Source: Elainellaceae cyanobacterium (GTDB lineage Bacteria > Cyanobacteriota > Cyanobacteriia > CAKZMO01). Taken from it: DNA of 64,000 bases. The notes beneath the pieces were generated by a model. That model did no database searches. It was not told where the DNA came from and worked only from the letters and a program-made list of their open reading frames with translations. Shown in pieces: positions 9,055 to 17,980 of the stretch. The stretch covers positions 8,093-72,092 of the forward strand of contig JBHJHD010000085.1 of the NCBI GenBank assembly GCA_050331115.1. Direction: 5' to 3'. Made by a program: the position numbers and the translations under genes. The first letter of the stretch is position 1; every line of letters begins with the position of its first letter.

Positions 9055-9846
9055 CTACTCAGCCAGATCTCCAAACACCGCCTGCGCCAGGTCAGCGTTA
9101 TCCTTCTGAGACGGATGGAAATCAGCTCGACAATATGCTCCAAAATTCTCGCAGACCTCAAACAAAAACCCCTCAATCCAAAAAAGCCGCACCGCATCGG
9201 CCCAAATCGATCGCCTCACCAGTAGGCCATCTTGCCACAGAAGAATTCCTGTACCAAAAGCGATCGCCGCGACTACATAAATATGGCTGATCACTAGCCC
9301 CAAAATGCGAGCGAGATAGCCTACTTTCAAGCTTGTTATCGCGTCGTAGACCACAGTTTTATGCTCAATCTCTTCTGCAGCGTGCCACTCAAATAGCTGC
9401 TTGAGCTTGGGCTCAGCCCCGCTAAAAATATCGTGCCTCAAACCAAAGTCAGAGATACACTCCGTCAGGTGCTCTAAGCCAGCCAAAATAGCGCAGTTGA
9501 ATGCTGGAGTAAAACAGGCTTCAAATCGGCGCAGCACAGACTCTATAGCTCGAACGTACCCGCCTGTGGCATAACCCTGCTGCCTAAGGTTGTCCCAAAA
9601 TGCGGCATGTGCCGCAGCGTGCTGACCTTCCTGCCCCACAAAATTGATAACGTCTTGCTCGACGCCAGTATCACTAAGCCGACAGAGCGATCGCTTCAGT
9701 ACGCGAATTGCCCACCGTTCAGTCAGCGGAAGCGCTAGGGTGAAACTGTTCATCAGGTGGGTGCGGAAAGGACTGCCGCTCAGCCAGTAGCGCTGGATAC
9801 TTGCCGGAAACTGAAACGCGATACGGCGAACCGTAATTGAGGTCAT
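9055..9846 (-). CDS. Predicted metal-dependent hydrolase family protein
   Basis: 263 aa. WLSGSPFRTHLMNSFTLALPLTERW...VINFVGQEGQHAAAHAAF...WHAAEEIEHKTV resembles the predicted metal-dependent hydrolase family (His/Glu-rich helical fold). Confidence 0.55.
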   Translation of the reverse strand: MTSITVRRIAFQFPASIQRYWLSGSPFRTHLMNSFTLALPLTERWAIRVLKRSLCRLSDTGVEQDVINFVGQEGQHAAAHAAFWDNLRQQGYATGGYVRAIESVLRRFEACFTPAFNCAILAGLEHLTECISDFGLRHDIFSGAEPKLKQLFEWHAAEEIEHKTVVYDAITSLKVGYLARILGLVISHIYVVAAIAFGTGILLWQDGLLVRRSIWADAVRLFWIEGFLFEVCENFGAYCRADFHPSQKDNADLAQAVFGDLAE

Positions 9847-9990
9847 GCTTCACCAACCTTCGGTAGGCGATCGCCTATCCGCTTCTTGTCACCAATTGAT
9901 TTTCTCCGCCTGTCCCGATACAGTAAAGGCGGTTTATTCAGCCGAGCTATTACATCAGTCGTTCAGGCGCTGCGACGCGGCAGGTTTCCC

Positions 9991-10971
9991 ATGTCTGATA
10001 CCGTCATCGGCTACAACCCCAGAATATACGACCTTGTTTCCCCGGACGCTGTTCTAGAGCAGCTCGCTGGCGGCGCAAAGCACAGCGAAGGGCCTATCTA
10101 TCTTCCCCAGGAAGACAGCGTCGTTTGGAGCGATGTAAGCGGCAACCGCCTGTTTCGCTGGAGCGCAGCAGACGGGGTGAGCGTCATTCGCGAGCCCTCC
10201 CAGTACCAAAACGGCAACGCCCTCGACTCAGAAGGTCGCATCGTTGCCTGCTCCCACGGTCAGCGGGCCATTATCCGGCGAGAACAACGCTCCGATGAAG
10301 CCAGCGGCGAGTGGCGGGTGCTCTGCGGAGGCTACCACGGCAAGCGCCTCAACAGCCCCAACGACCTGGTGGTCAAAAGCGACGGCAGCATCTGGTTCAC
10401 CGACCCCCCGTTCGGGCTGACGCAGCCGGAGGAGGGCTGCGGCGGGGAGCAAGAACAGGCGGGCAGCTTTGTCTTTCGCTTTGACCCCAGCGCGGGAGCA
10501 GTGGGAGCCGGCGAAGCGAGTGCGGCGGGCTCAGCCTCCCCAGAGATAGACCCTTCCCAAGGTGCCATCACTCCCGTCGTCGCAGAAATGGAGCGCCCTA
10601 ATGGGCTGGCCTTCAGCCCAGACGAGCGTATCCTGTACGTTTCCGATACTTCTCAGGTAGACTACCCCCAAGGTCACCACACCATCCGCGCCTACGACAT
10701 CGTAGATAGCCCCATGGGCCAAGTCGAGGCCGCCAACAGCCGGGTGTTTGCCGTCATCGGGCCAGGGCAGCCGGACGGGCTGACGGTGGACCGTCACGGC
10801 AACGTTTTCACCAGCTCTGCCGATAGCGTCCAGGTCTACGCCCCCGACGGCACCCGCCTCGGTAAGATTTTAGTCCCCGAGGTCTGCACCAACGTCACCT
10901 TTGGCGGCCTGGACGGCAAGCGACTGTTTATCACCGCTGGGACATCGCTCTACGCAATTACCGTGCTTTAA
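9991..10971 (+). CDS. SMP-30/gluconolactonase/LRE family protein
   Basis: Motifs SPNDLVVKSDGSIWFTDPPFG, PNGLAFSPDERILYVSDT and PDGLTVDRHGNVF. I prefer ATG 9991 (MSDTVIGYNP) over the track start 9886. A Gly/Ala/Ser-rich insert FDPSAGAVGAGEASAAGSASPEID is present. Confidence 0.8.
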   Translation: MSDTVIGYNPRIYDLVSPDAVLEQLAGGAKHSEGPIYLPQEDSVVWSDVSGNRLFRWSAADGVSVIREPSQYQNGNALDSEGRIVACSHGQRAIIRREQRSDEASGEWRVLCGGYHGKRLNSPNDLVVKSDGSIWFTDPPFGLTQPEEGCGGEQEQAGSFVFRFDPSAGAVGAGEASAAGSASPEIDPSQGAITPVVAEMERPNGLAFSPDERILYVSDTSQVDYPQGHHTIRAYDIVDSPMGQVEAANSRVFAVIGPGQPDGLTVDRHGNVFTSSADSVQVYAPDGTRLGKILVPEVCTNVTFGGLDGKRLFITAGTSLYAITVL

Positions 10972-11026
10972 TCTAGCTGTGCTTTGATTGAGCTGTTCAA
11001 TTTCTTTATACCCAATAGCGATCGCT

Positions 11027-11527
11027 ATGCTAGATTTCATCGCTCCCGCTCTAGAGCTGATTGCGTCTCTTTACGCGACTCCCGTCGGCATTCAAGGCTG
11101 GACGTTGCTGGCTCTGCGCGTGGGGCTGGGCGTGCTGTTCGTGCTGCACGGCTATCCTAAGCTGACCCATCTACAGACGTGGTCCAGCCACCTAAAGATG
11201 CCTATTTATCTATGTGCCCTGTCGGCTAGCTCCATGTTTTTGGGCGGATTCTGCCTAATTTTAGGCTTGCTCACGCCGCTGGCCTGCTTGACTATTTTGG
11301 GCTCCATGGCCTTTGCCCTATACCTTGAAGTTGTGGGCGGCATGCCGCTAGTGGCCAGCGATCCCTACCTAATCCCAGAGGGGGAATACGAGGGACCCAA
11401 TGGCAAAGGGGAGCCGCCCAGCCAGGAAAAGGCGCTGGTCTACAACCTGATGCTGCTGGTGCTGCTGGCCTTTGGTCCGGGGGGATTCTCCCTCGATGCC
11501 TGGCTGCTAAGTCTGCTGACCCGATAG
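11027..11527 (+). CDS. DoxX family membrane protein
   Basis: LALRVGLGVLFVLHGYPKL DoxX signature and about 4 TM helices. ATG 11027 is preferred over TTG 10988. Confidence 0.7.
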   Translation: MLDFIAPALELIASLYATPVGIQGWTLLALRVGLGVLFVLHGYPKLTHLQTWSSHLKMPIYLCALSASSMFLGGFCLILGLLTPLACLTILGSMAFALYLEVVGGMPLVASDPYLIPEGEYEGPNGKGEPPSQEKALVYNLMLLVLLAFGPGGFSLDAWLLSLLTR

Positions 11528-11596
11528 TTTTTACGCCCCGATAGTTTTTACGCCCCGATAATCTGTACGCCACAAAAATTTGTAGCTATAAACGCC

Positions 11597-13165
11597 ATGA
11601 CAAACCCCGATCGCTACGACGTCATCATTATCGGTACTGGGGCCGGGGGCGGTACGGTGGCCCACGCCCTGGCCCCCACCGGAAAGCAGATTTTGGTTTT
11701 GGAGCGGGGGGAGTTCTTGCCGCGCGAGAAGGAGAACTGGTCACCGAAAGAGGTCTACCAAAAGCAGCGCTACTACACCGACGAAGCGTGGTGCGATAAG
11801 GACGGCAAGCCGCTGCACCCGCAAACCTGCTATTGGGTAGGCGGCAACACTAAGGTCTACGGTGCGGCGCTGCTGCCCCTGCGGGAGCGCGACTTTGAGC
11901 AGGTGGCGCACAAGGGCGGCACCTCTCCTGCCTGGCCCCTAAGCTACGCTGACTTTGCCCCCTACTACGCCCAGGCCGAGCTTCTATTCAGCGTCCACGG
12001 CCAAGAAGGTGAAGACCCCACTGAGCCCGCCCGCGCGGCCTACCCCTACCCGCCCTTGCGCCACGAGCCCGACATGGAGCCCATCGTAGAAGGGCTGCAG
12101 CAGCTCGGCCACGCGCCCTTTCACCTGCCTGTGGGGCTGCGGCTCAACGAGGTGGATAAGACCCTGTGGGACTGTATCCGCTGCGACACCTGCGACGGGT
12201 TCCCTTGCCTGGTAGGCGGCAAGGCCGACGCCGACGTCAACTGCATCCAGCCCGTGCGGCACAAGTCTAACGTGACGCTCATGACGGGCGCAATGGTGAC
12301 GCGGCTGCACACCAGCGCCTCAGGGCGGGAGGTGTTGACGGTGGAGGTCAGCGTCGGCCAGGATGTTCGCCAGCTCTCGGCAGATCTGGTGGTGGTAGCC
12401 TGTGGGGCCATCAACTCGGCAGCCCTACTGCTGCGCTCGGCAAACGACGCCCACCCCAACGGACTGGCCAACCGCTCTGACCAGGTGGGACGCCACTTTA
12501 TGAAGCACCTGGCTACCACTATCGTCTCGTTAAGCGATCGCCCCAATCGCGCCACCTACCAAAAGACCATCGGCATCAACGACTTCTACTGGGGCGAGGA
12601 GGACTTCCCCTACCCCATGGGCATGGTGCAGAACACCGGCAACGTCAAGGCAGACATGATCCCACCAGAAGCGCCCGCGGCTCTGGCCCCCTTCGTCAAG
12701 TTTGCGCCGGAGCGCGCGCTAGATCTGACGGCTCAGCATACGGTGGGCTGGTGGCTGCAGACCGAGGATCTGCCTGACCCCAACAACCGCGTGCGCTGGA
12801 CCGGCGAGAAGGTGTGCTTGGACTACACCCCCAACAACCTAGAAGCCCGCGATCGCCTCGTGCACCGCTGGACCGAAACCCTAAAGGCGGTTAACCGCTC
12901 CACCAAGCACGTCGTGCCCTTCGGCATCTACCCCCGCAGCTACGTGCCCCTGCCGGCGGTGGGCCACCAGTGCGGCACCTGCCGCTTTGGTGAAGATCCA
13001 GAGACCTCGGTGCTGGACGTCAACTGCCGTGCCCACGATGTGGATAACCTGTACGTGGTTGACGGCAGCTTCTTCCCCTCTAGCTCCGCCGTCAACCCAA
13101 CGCTGACCATTGTGGCCAACGCGCTGCGGGTAGCAGACCACCTGAAGACGCGGCTGGGCGTATAG
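11597..13165 (+). CDS. GMC family FAD-dependent oxidoreductase
   Basis: N-terminal FAD fold YDVIIIGTGAGGGTVAHALA. C-terminal GMC signature GTCRFG..VLD...RAHDVDNLYVVDGSFFPSSSAVNPTLTIVANALRVADH. Confidence 0.85.
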   Translation: MTNPDRYDVIIIGTGAGGGTVAHALAPTGKQILVLERGEFLPREKENWSPKEVYQKQRYYTDEAWCDKDGKPLHPQTCYWVGGNTKVYGAALLPLRERDFEQVAHKGGTSPAWPLSYADFAPYYAQAELLFSVHGQEGEDPTEPARAAYPYPPLRHEPDMEPIVEGLQQLGHAPFHLPVGLRLNEVDKTLWDCIRCDTCDGFPCLVGGKADADVNCIQPVRHKSNVTLMTGAMVTRLHTSASGREVLTVEVSVGQDVRQLSADLVVVACGAINSAALLLRSANDAHPNGLANRSDQVGRHFMKHLATTIVSLSDRPNRATYQKTIGINDFYWGEEDFPYPMGMVQNTGNVKADMIPPEAPAALAPFVKFAPERALDLTAQHTVGWWLQTEDLPDPNNRVRWTGEKVCLDYTPNNLEARDRLVHRWTETLKAVNRSTKHVVPFGIYPRSYVPLPAVGHQCGTCRFGEDPETSVLDVNCRAHDVDNLYVVDGSFFPSSSAVNPTLTIVANALRVADHLKTRLGV

Positions 13166-13169
13166 GGCG

Positions 13170-13859
13170 CTACGCCAGGGCCATGGCCACCGCCGCCTCA
13201 GCGTGAATCGCCGTCGTGTCGAACAGCGGCACCGCCACATGGGACTGCTGCACCAGCGTTCCAATTTCCGTACAGCCGGCGATCGCCCCCTGAGCGCCCT
13301 GGGTTCTCAGCGCCTCAATGATTCGTAGATACGTCTGCCGCGATTCGGTCTTGACCTCGCCCAAGCACAGCTCTTCGTAGATGACGCGGTGAACAATGCG
13401 GCGATCGTCCTCAGGCGGGATGATGACCTCAATGCCGTAGCGGTCAAAGCGCCCCCTGTAGAAATCTTGCTCCATGGTGAACCGCGTGCCCAGCAGCCCG
13501 ACCCGCTGCAGCCCCGCCTGGCGGACGCGATCGGCGGTGGCGTCTGCAATGTGCAGAATCGGAATATCGATGCTGCCCCCAATCTGCGGGGCAACTTTAT
13601 GCATGGTGTTGGTGCAGATCAGCAAAAAATCGGCGCCGGCCGCCGCCACCCGCTGAGCGGCCTGGGCAAGCACCACGCCCGCCTGCGCCCAGTCGCCCCG
13701 ATGCTGCAGCGCCTCAATACCCTGAAAGTCAACGCTCACTAGGGCAATCTGGGCCGAGTGCAGGCCGCCGAGACGTCGCTTAACGCCCTGATTGATCAGC
13801 CGATAGTACAGCTCGGTACTCTCCCAACTCATGCCGCCCAGCAGGCCAATTGTTTTCAT
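13170..13859 (-). CDS. Aspartate/glutamate racemase family protein
   Basis: MKTIGLLGGMSWESTELYYRLIN. Two catalytic Cys contexts, LLICTNTMH and IAGCTEIG. ATG 13859 is preferred over the longer track ORF (13922). Confidence 0.85.
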   Translation of the reverse strand: MKTIGLLGGMSWESTELYYRLINQGVKRRLGGLHSAQIALVSVDFQGIEALQHRGDWAQAGVVLAQAAQRVAAAGADFLLICTNTMHKVAPQIGGSIDIPILHIADATADRVRQAGLQRVGLLGTRFTMEQDFYRGRFDRYGIEVIIPPEDDRRIVHRVIYEELCLGEVKTESRQTYLRIIEALRTQGAQGAIAGCTEIGTLVQQSHVAVPLFDTTAIHAEAAVAMALA

Positions 13860-14143
13860 AAGCTTTTGTTCGAGTCGCGACGTAGCCCTAAAATACTTGC
13901 GCTGGGGTAGAGATATCCTCACCCAAGATAGGCATCCACTATTCTAGGTAAGCCAGCGGTCCCCTTGGTCCTCTCAAGAATAGAGGCGATCGCGCCCCAT
14001 CAACCCATCATAGAGCCCTTACAGCGCTAACCGTACTGCACTTATATAAAGGGGTCTTCCGCTTTATCGACGTTTCGCGCCATACTGGCTGTATATATAC
14101 CCTGCGTATCTATACATACCGATTTCCCCAACGGGACGCAATC

Positions 14144-15220
14144 ATGATTGACATCATTATCGTACTGGCATTTGTCTTTGCCGGAGCCGGCATCGGCTAC
14201 TACAGCGTTGACCTGCTGCCCAGCGAAACCCTAGCGCAAGTGAGCAGCATCGAGGGGTTAAGCACCGTTTTGGCGGCGTTCGGCGCACTCATTGGCACCG
14301 GCGTCGGCCTTACCGCCCAAACGGCATATCACCGGCTGCAGCGCGGACTGCGGGATATGCCCGTAGATATGCTGCTGAGCCGTGCAGTAGGGCTCATCTT
14401 AGGGCTGCTAGTGGCCAACCTACTGCTTGCACCGCTGTTTCTGCTGCCAATTCCAGAGGACTTCGTGTTCATTAAGCCGCTGACCGCCGTAGTCGGTAGC
14501 GTTATGTTCTCCGTCTCCGGCATGAGCCTCGCCGATATCCACGGGCGCACGCTGCTGCGGCTGATCAACCCCAACAGCGTTGAAACCCTACTGGTGGCCG
14601 AGGGTACCCTCAAGGCCTCCTCCGCTAAAATTCTAGACACCAGCAGCATTATCGACGGTCGGGTCAGCGATCTACTCAATACCGGCTTTTTAGAGGGTCA
14701 GCTCCTTGTGCCTCAGTTTGTGCTCCAAGAGCTGCAGCAGGTGGCCGACGCATCAAACGACCAAAAGCGCGTCCGGGGTCGCCGGGGACTAGACGTGCTG
14801 CAGCAGATGCAGGCCAGCTACCCAGAGCGCATCTCAATTCACCCGGCGGACTACGACGACATCCCCACCGTAGACGCTAAGCTGGTGCGCCTAGGGCAGG
14901 AAATTAACGGTATGCTGCTGACCACAGACTACAACCTAAACAAAGTCGCCAGCCTGCAGCAGGTAACCGTCCTCAACATCAACGATTTGGCGCAGTCCCT
15001 GCGGCCTAACTATCTGCCGGGCGACAGCCTCAATCTGAAAATCTTGAAGCAGGGCAAGGAGCCCGCCCAAGGCGTAGGCTACCTAGACGACGGCACTATG
15101 GTCGTCGTCGACGAGGGCAGCAGCTACCTCGGGGATGACCTCTCAGTGGTGGTGACCGGGGCCCTGCAGACCTCGGCAGGGCGAATGATCTTTGCAAAGC
15201 CTGAGACCGTCACAGCCTGA
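14144..15220 (+). CDS. PIN/TRAM domain-containing membrane protein (YacL-like)
   Basis: Four N-terminal TM helices, then PIN-like ILDTSSIIDGRVSDLLNTGFLEGQLLVPQFVLQELQ, then C-terminal TRAM-like GVGYLDDGTMVVVDEG. Confidence 0.8.
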   Translation: MIDIIIVLAFVFAGAGIGYYSVDLLPSETLAQVSSIEGLSTVLAAFGALIGTGVGLTAQTAYHRLQRGLRDMPVDMLLSRAVGLILGLLVANLLLAPLFLLPIPEDFVFIKPLTAVVGSVMFSVSGMSLADIHGRTLLRLINPNSVETLLVAEGTLKASSAKILDTSSIIDGRVSDLLNTGFLEGQLLVPQFVLQELQQVADASNDQKRVRGRRGLDVLQQMQASYPERISIHPADYDDIPTVDAKLVRLGQEINGMLLTTDYNLNKVASLQQVTVLNINDLAQSLRPNYLPGDSLNLKILKQGKEPAQGVGYLDDGTMVVVDEGSSYLGDDLSVVVTGALQTSAGRMIFAKPETVTA

Positions 15221-15221
15221 A

Positions 15222-15500
15222 ATGGGTCGCAGTCGTCGGGAGCGGCAAAAAGCCTGCGATCGCTGCGGCGATAGCGCTGCAGTACTCTATCGGATTCGTA
15301 CGGGTGAGCCCATTGGTGATGAGTCCCCCAATAATGCCTCCCCCAGTGACAAGCCAGCCAGTGACAAGCCAGCCAGTGACAAGCCCCCCAGCGGCGACCC
15401 GACCGCCTGGCGTTTTTTGTGCGATCGCTGCCTGCCCAGCGCCCAAGCCGCGCCGGGCTACGTCTACGGCGGCACCTGGAAGGCGCAAAAATCGGGCTAG
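15222..15500 (+). CDS. Small zinc-ribbon-like protein (CDRCG...CDRC) with a repeat-expanded loop
   Basis: The ATG comes 1 nt after the upstream stop. MGRSRRERQKACDRCGDSAAVLYRI...WRFLCDRCLPS...PGYVYGGTWKAQK has two CxxC knuckles flanking a Pro/Ser/Asp-rich insert that contains the SDKPA repeats. Confidence 0.6.
   Translation: MGRSRRERQKACDRCGDSAAVLYRIRTGEPIGDESPNNASPSDKPASDKPASDKPPSGDPTAWRFLCDRCLPSAQAAPGYVYGGTWKAQKSG
15345..15389 (+). repeat. In-frame 15-nt tandem repeat, about 3 copies (SDKPA)
   Basis: AGTGACAAGCCAGCC x2, then AGTGACAAGCCCCCC. Confidence 0.95.
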
Positions 15501-15505
15501 GAGAC

Positions 15506-16156
15506 CTACGGGGCCGAGCCGCGAATCTGTTCGATGACGGTCTCAACGAGCTTAATGCCCCCGATCAAATAGGCCGTGACCAGGGCAGCCGAGACGATAC
15601 CGGCGATCGCGCAGACGGTGAGCCCGGCTAAGCCCACTAGGCCATCGTCTTCAATCAGGCTGAACCCGACGATAAACACGCCAATCGCCGGAAACGTGTT
15701 AGTGAGCGGCAGCGGAATCATCATAGAAATACCCATGAGGGCGATCGCAATCCCCAGGGCGGCGCGGCCAGCTGGACTGGTGCAGATTGCGCTCATGCGG
15801 GGCCGAGACAGGGCCTCTAGCCGCTTAAGCCAGGGCAGCCCAGCGGAGAGGATGCGCTGAGTTTGCTTGAGGCCGATGTGCCGACCGCGTATCCATTCAG
15901 GGAACCAGGGGTTTTGCCGACCCACCGCGAGCTGCAGCGCCAGCAGCACGATTAAAATTCCGAACGGTATAGAATAGCCCGGGGCCGGAACCGGGAGCGC
16001 AGAAGGCAGCGCCAGCAAGACCAGCAAAAAGCCAAAGACGCGCTCGCCCGCCAGCTCTAGAATGTGGTGAAGCCTAACGTCGGCTGGGGGCTCCTCTTCA
16101 AAGAAATAGCGGTGTAAATCAGCGGAAAATCGTGCCACTCGTGCTCCTCGTCTCAC
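15506..16156 (-). CDS. Exopolysaccharide biosynthesis protein ExoD family
   Basis: 216 aa. ...LHHILELAGERVFGFLLVLLALPSALPVPAPGYSIPFGILIVLLALQL..GR..PWFPEWI matches the ExoD-like membrane protein pattern. GTG start. Confidence 0.65.
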   Translation of the reverse strand: MRRGARVARFSADLHRYFFEEEPPADVRLHHILELAGERVFGFLLVLLALPSALPVPAPGYSIPFGILIVLLALQLAVGRQNPWFPEWIRGRHIGLKQTQRILSAGLPWLKRLEALSRPRMSAICTSPAGRAALGIAIALMGISMMIPLPLTNTFPAIGVFIVGFSLIEDDGLVGLAGLTVCAIAGIVSAALVTAYLIGGIKLVETVIEQIRGSAP

Positions 16157-16314
16157 TTAACGCCAACAGCGCAGCTTTGTATAGGCTTACCCAGACAGCG
16201 CTGTCCTCTATGATGGCCCAGCCGGTAGGGTTTCTCATTAAGTTTTAGTGACGCTAGTCGCCGAAAGTTAATGGGTTTGTTAAAGTCGCTAGCGGTGTGA
16301 CAATCCAGGGAAGA

Positions 16315-16923
16315 TTAGCCCAGTCGCCCTAGAGCTTCGTCAGCCGACGCTTTGATATGCTGCCGCTGCTCCTCATCGTAGCCCCACCGGGTCAAGAAAG
16401 CTTCGAAAGTGCCGTCAGCGCTAGCAGCGCTGTCTCGTAGCGCCATCAGCGACTGGGCTAAAGCGGGCATCTGTAGTGCCTCAATCAGATCTAGCGTCCG
16501 CGATCGCACCTGCGCGGACTGCTGAGCCATAGCGTCGCTGCCCTGGCGGCGGTGGGTCAGCGCCATGGCGGTTGACATGGCTAGATTTTTAGTCAGCAGA
16601 TCTGTGGTTTGCTCAGGCGCGCGCTTGAGGCCTGTCACCACTGCTGGATGGGGCGGGCTAGGGGGCGGCTGGTCGCCGGTCAAGTAGGCGACAAAGAACC
16701 CGCGAGCCCCAGGTTTGCTTTGAACTAGGGCTGAGACCGCCTGGGCGATCGCCTGCTCTTCTGCAGCCTGCTCCTGCATAGCGTCTGCGTTGGTCACAGC
16801 CGCATCCCCTACTGACACATCCCCTACTGACGCACTAGCGCAGAGATGATGCAGCAGCTGCTGAGTTAGCTCAATCGAGGCGTTGAACGAGACGTCTGGA
16901 GGAATACTAGGAAGCTGTATCAC
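16315..16923 (-). CDS. Hypothetical protein (202 aa)
   Basis: Long ORF with coding-like composition and a GTG start. I recognise no family. Contains GARGFFVAYLTGDQ and a duplicated VGDVS segment. Confidence 0.5.
   Translation of the reverse strand: MIQLPSIPPDVSFNASIELTQQLLHHLCASASVGDVSVGDAAVTNADAMQEQAAEEQAIAQAVSALVQSKPGARGFFVAYLTGDQPPPSPPHPAVVTGLKRAPEQTTDLLTKNLAMSTAMALTHRRQGSDAMAQQSAQVRSRTLDLIEALQMPALAQSLMALRDSAASADGTFEAFLTRWGYDEEQRQHIKASADEALGRLG
16804..16833 (-). repeat. In-frame 15-nt tandem duplication (VGDVS VGD)
   Basis: Plus strand ATCCCCTACTGACAC followed by ATCCCCTACTGACGC. Confidence 0.9.
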
Positions 16924-16958
16924 AACAATCTATAGCTAGAGCAGAGACAGCTTTAAGT

Positions 16959-17171
16959 CTAAGCTTTTCCTGCGGCAACCGGACGCCTTCGAGGATGAGC
17001 TGGCGTCGAATCTTGAGAATGGAGAGCTGAGGTGGTGTAGTTCATCGTCGGTGAGTATGCCTGGTCAGCGAGAGCAGGCCTGGAGTGGACCACAACCCAT
17101 CGTCCTGTGTGGGGATCACGATAGGTCGTAAACGGGTTGGGCTTTAGATACCGCTGGGGGGACCGAAACAT
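16959..17171 (-). CDS. Small hypothetical protein (70 aa)
   Basis: ATG start. MFRSPQRYLKPNPFTTYRDPHTGRWVVVH... looks like a conserved N-terminal motif followed by a disordered tail. Sits 35 nt upstream of the 202-aa ORF on the same strand. Confidence 0.4.
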   Translation of the reverse strand: MFRSPQRYLKPNPFTTYRDPHTGRWVVVHSRPALADQAYSPTMNYTTSALHSQDSTPAHPRRRPVAAGKA

Positions 17172-17980
17172 GATGCACTCCTACTACTGTTTGAAAACAC
17201 CTTGATCGATTGACTCGTCCACACCGACTCGCTCGTATTAGCCCGCTTGTACTAGCCTATTCGTATCTGCATTGACGGTTAGTCGGAAGTGGGGCATCCC
17301 TAATGAAATCCGATGTCTACCCTCAGGCCCCATAGAAATAAATTTAGGGACACCATGATTATACAGATTAGTGCAAACGCCTGTGCGGGTTTAGTCTCTC
17401 GATATACTGATTTGATCAATTTACCCATTCGCACAGGCCAACTCACAAAAGGCGGAGCGCGCAATCAGCACGAGCGGCGCAGAAATAGCGCTATGGGTGG
17501 GGCCTTATTGCTATAGCCCTAGGGTAAAGACGCTGAATGAGGCAATACCGCCTCAGGATGACGAAGATTATTTAAAATCTTATGAGCGCCTGAAGAAGTT
17601 AGGCGGGTGGCAGGGTCCAGTTTTATGGTTTTGGAGTAACCGGCTGCAGGATACAGCACATTTGTGGGATCACGATCAATTCTCTGCCCGGTACAGCTGA
17701 TTTTCGAGAATTGGCCTTTTCGCTGTGCTGCAGTTGTTGACGGACTGCAAACTTGGTGCTGCGAGCCGCGAAATTTAGGCTATTCTTAACTACACTCCAT
17801 CAAAGTTTAATGGCCCGCACTGACCTAAATTCTATTGCTGCATTTAAACCAGCCTGTGTCGCCCTGCTTTTCTCCAAGCGGACGCTTTTGAGCAGCCATT
17901 GAAGGCCATCGACGGGTTATCCGCAGCGCAGGTTACGCTCTGCAAGCTGTCACGCTCCGCAATCTATAGAACCGTAGTCA

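Noticed and set aside
17313-17700. Two 67-aa plus-strand ORFs in the spacer upstream of the HetZ-like gene.
   Set aside because: One is Arg-rich with no motif. The other has only a GTG start and no SD. Neither has support beyond being open.
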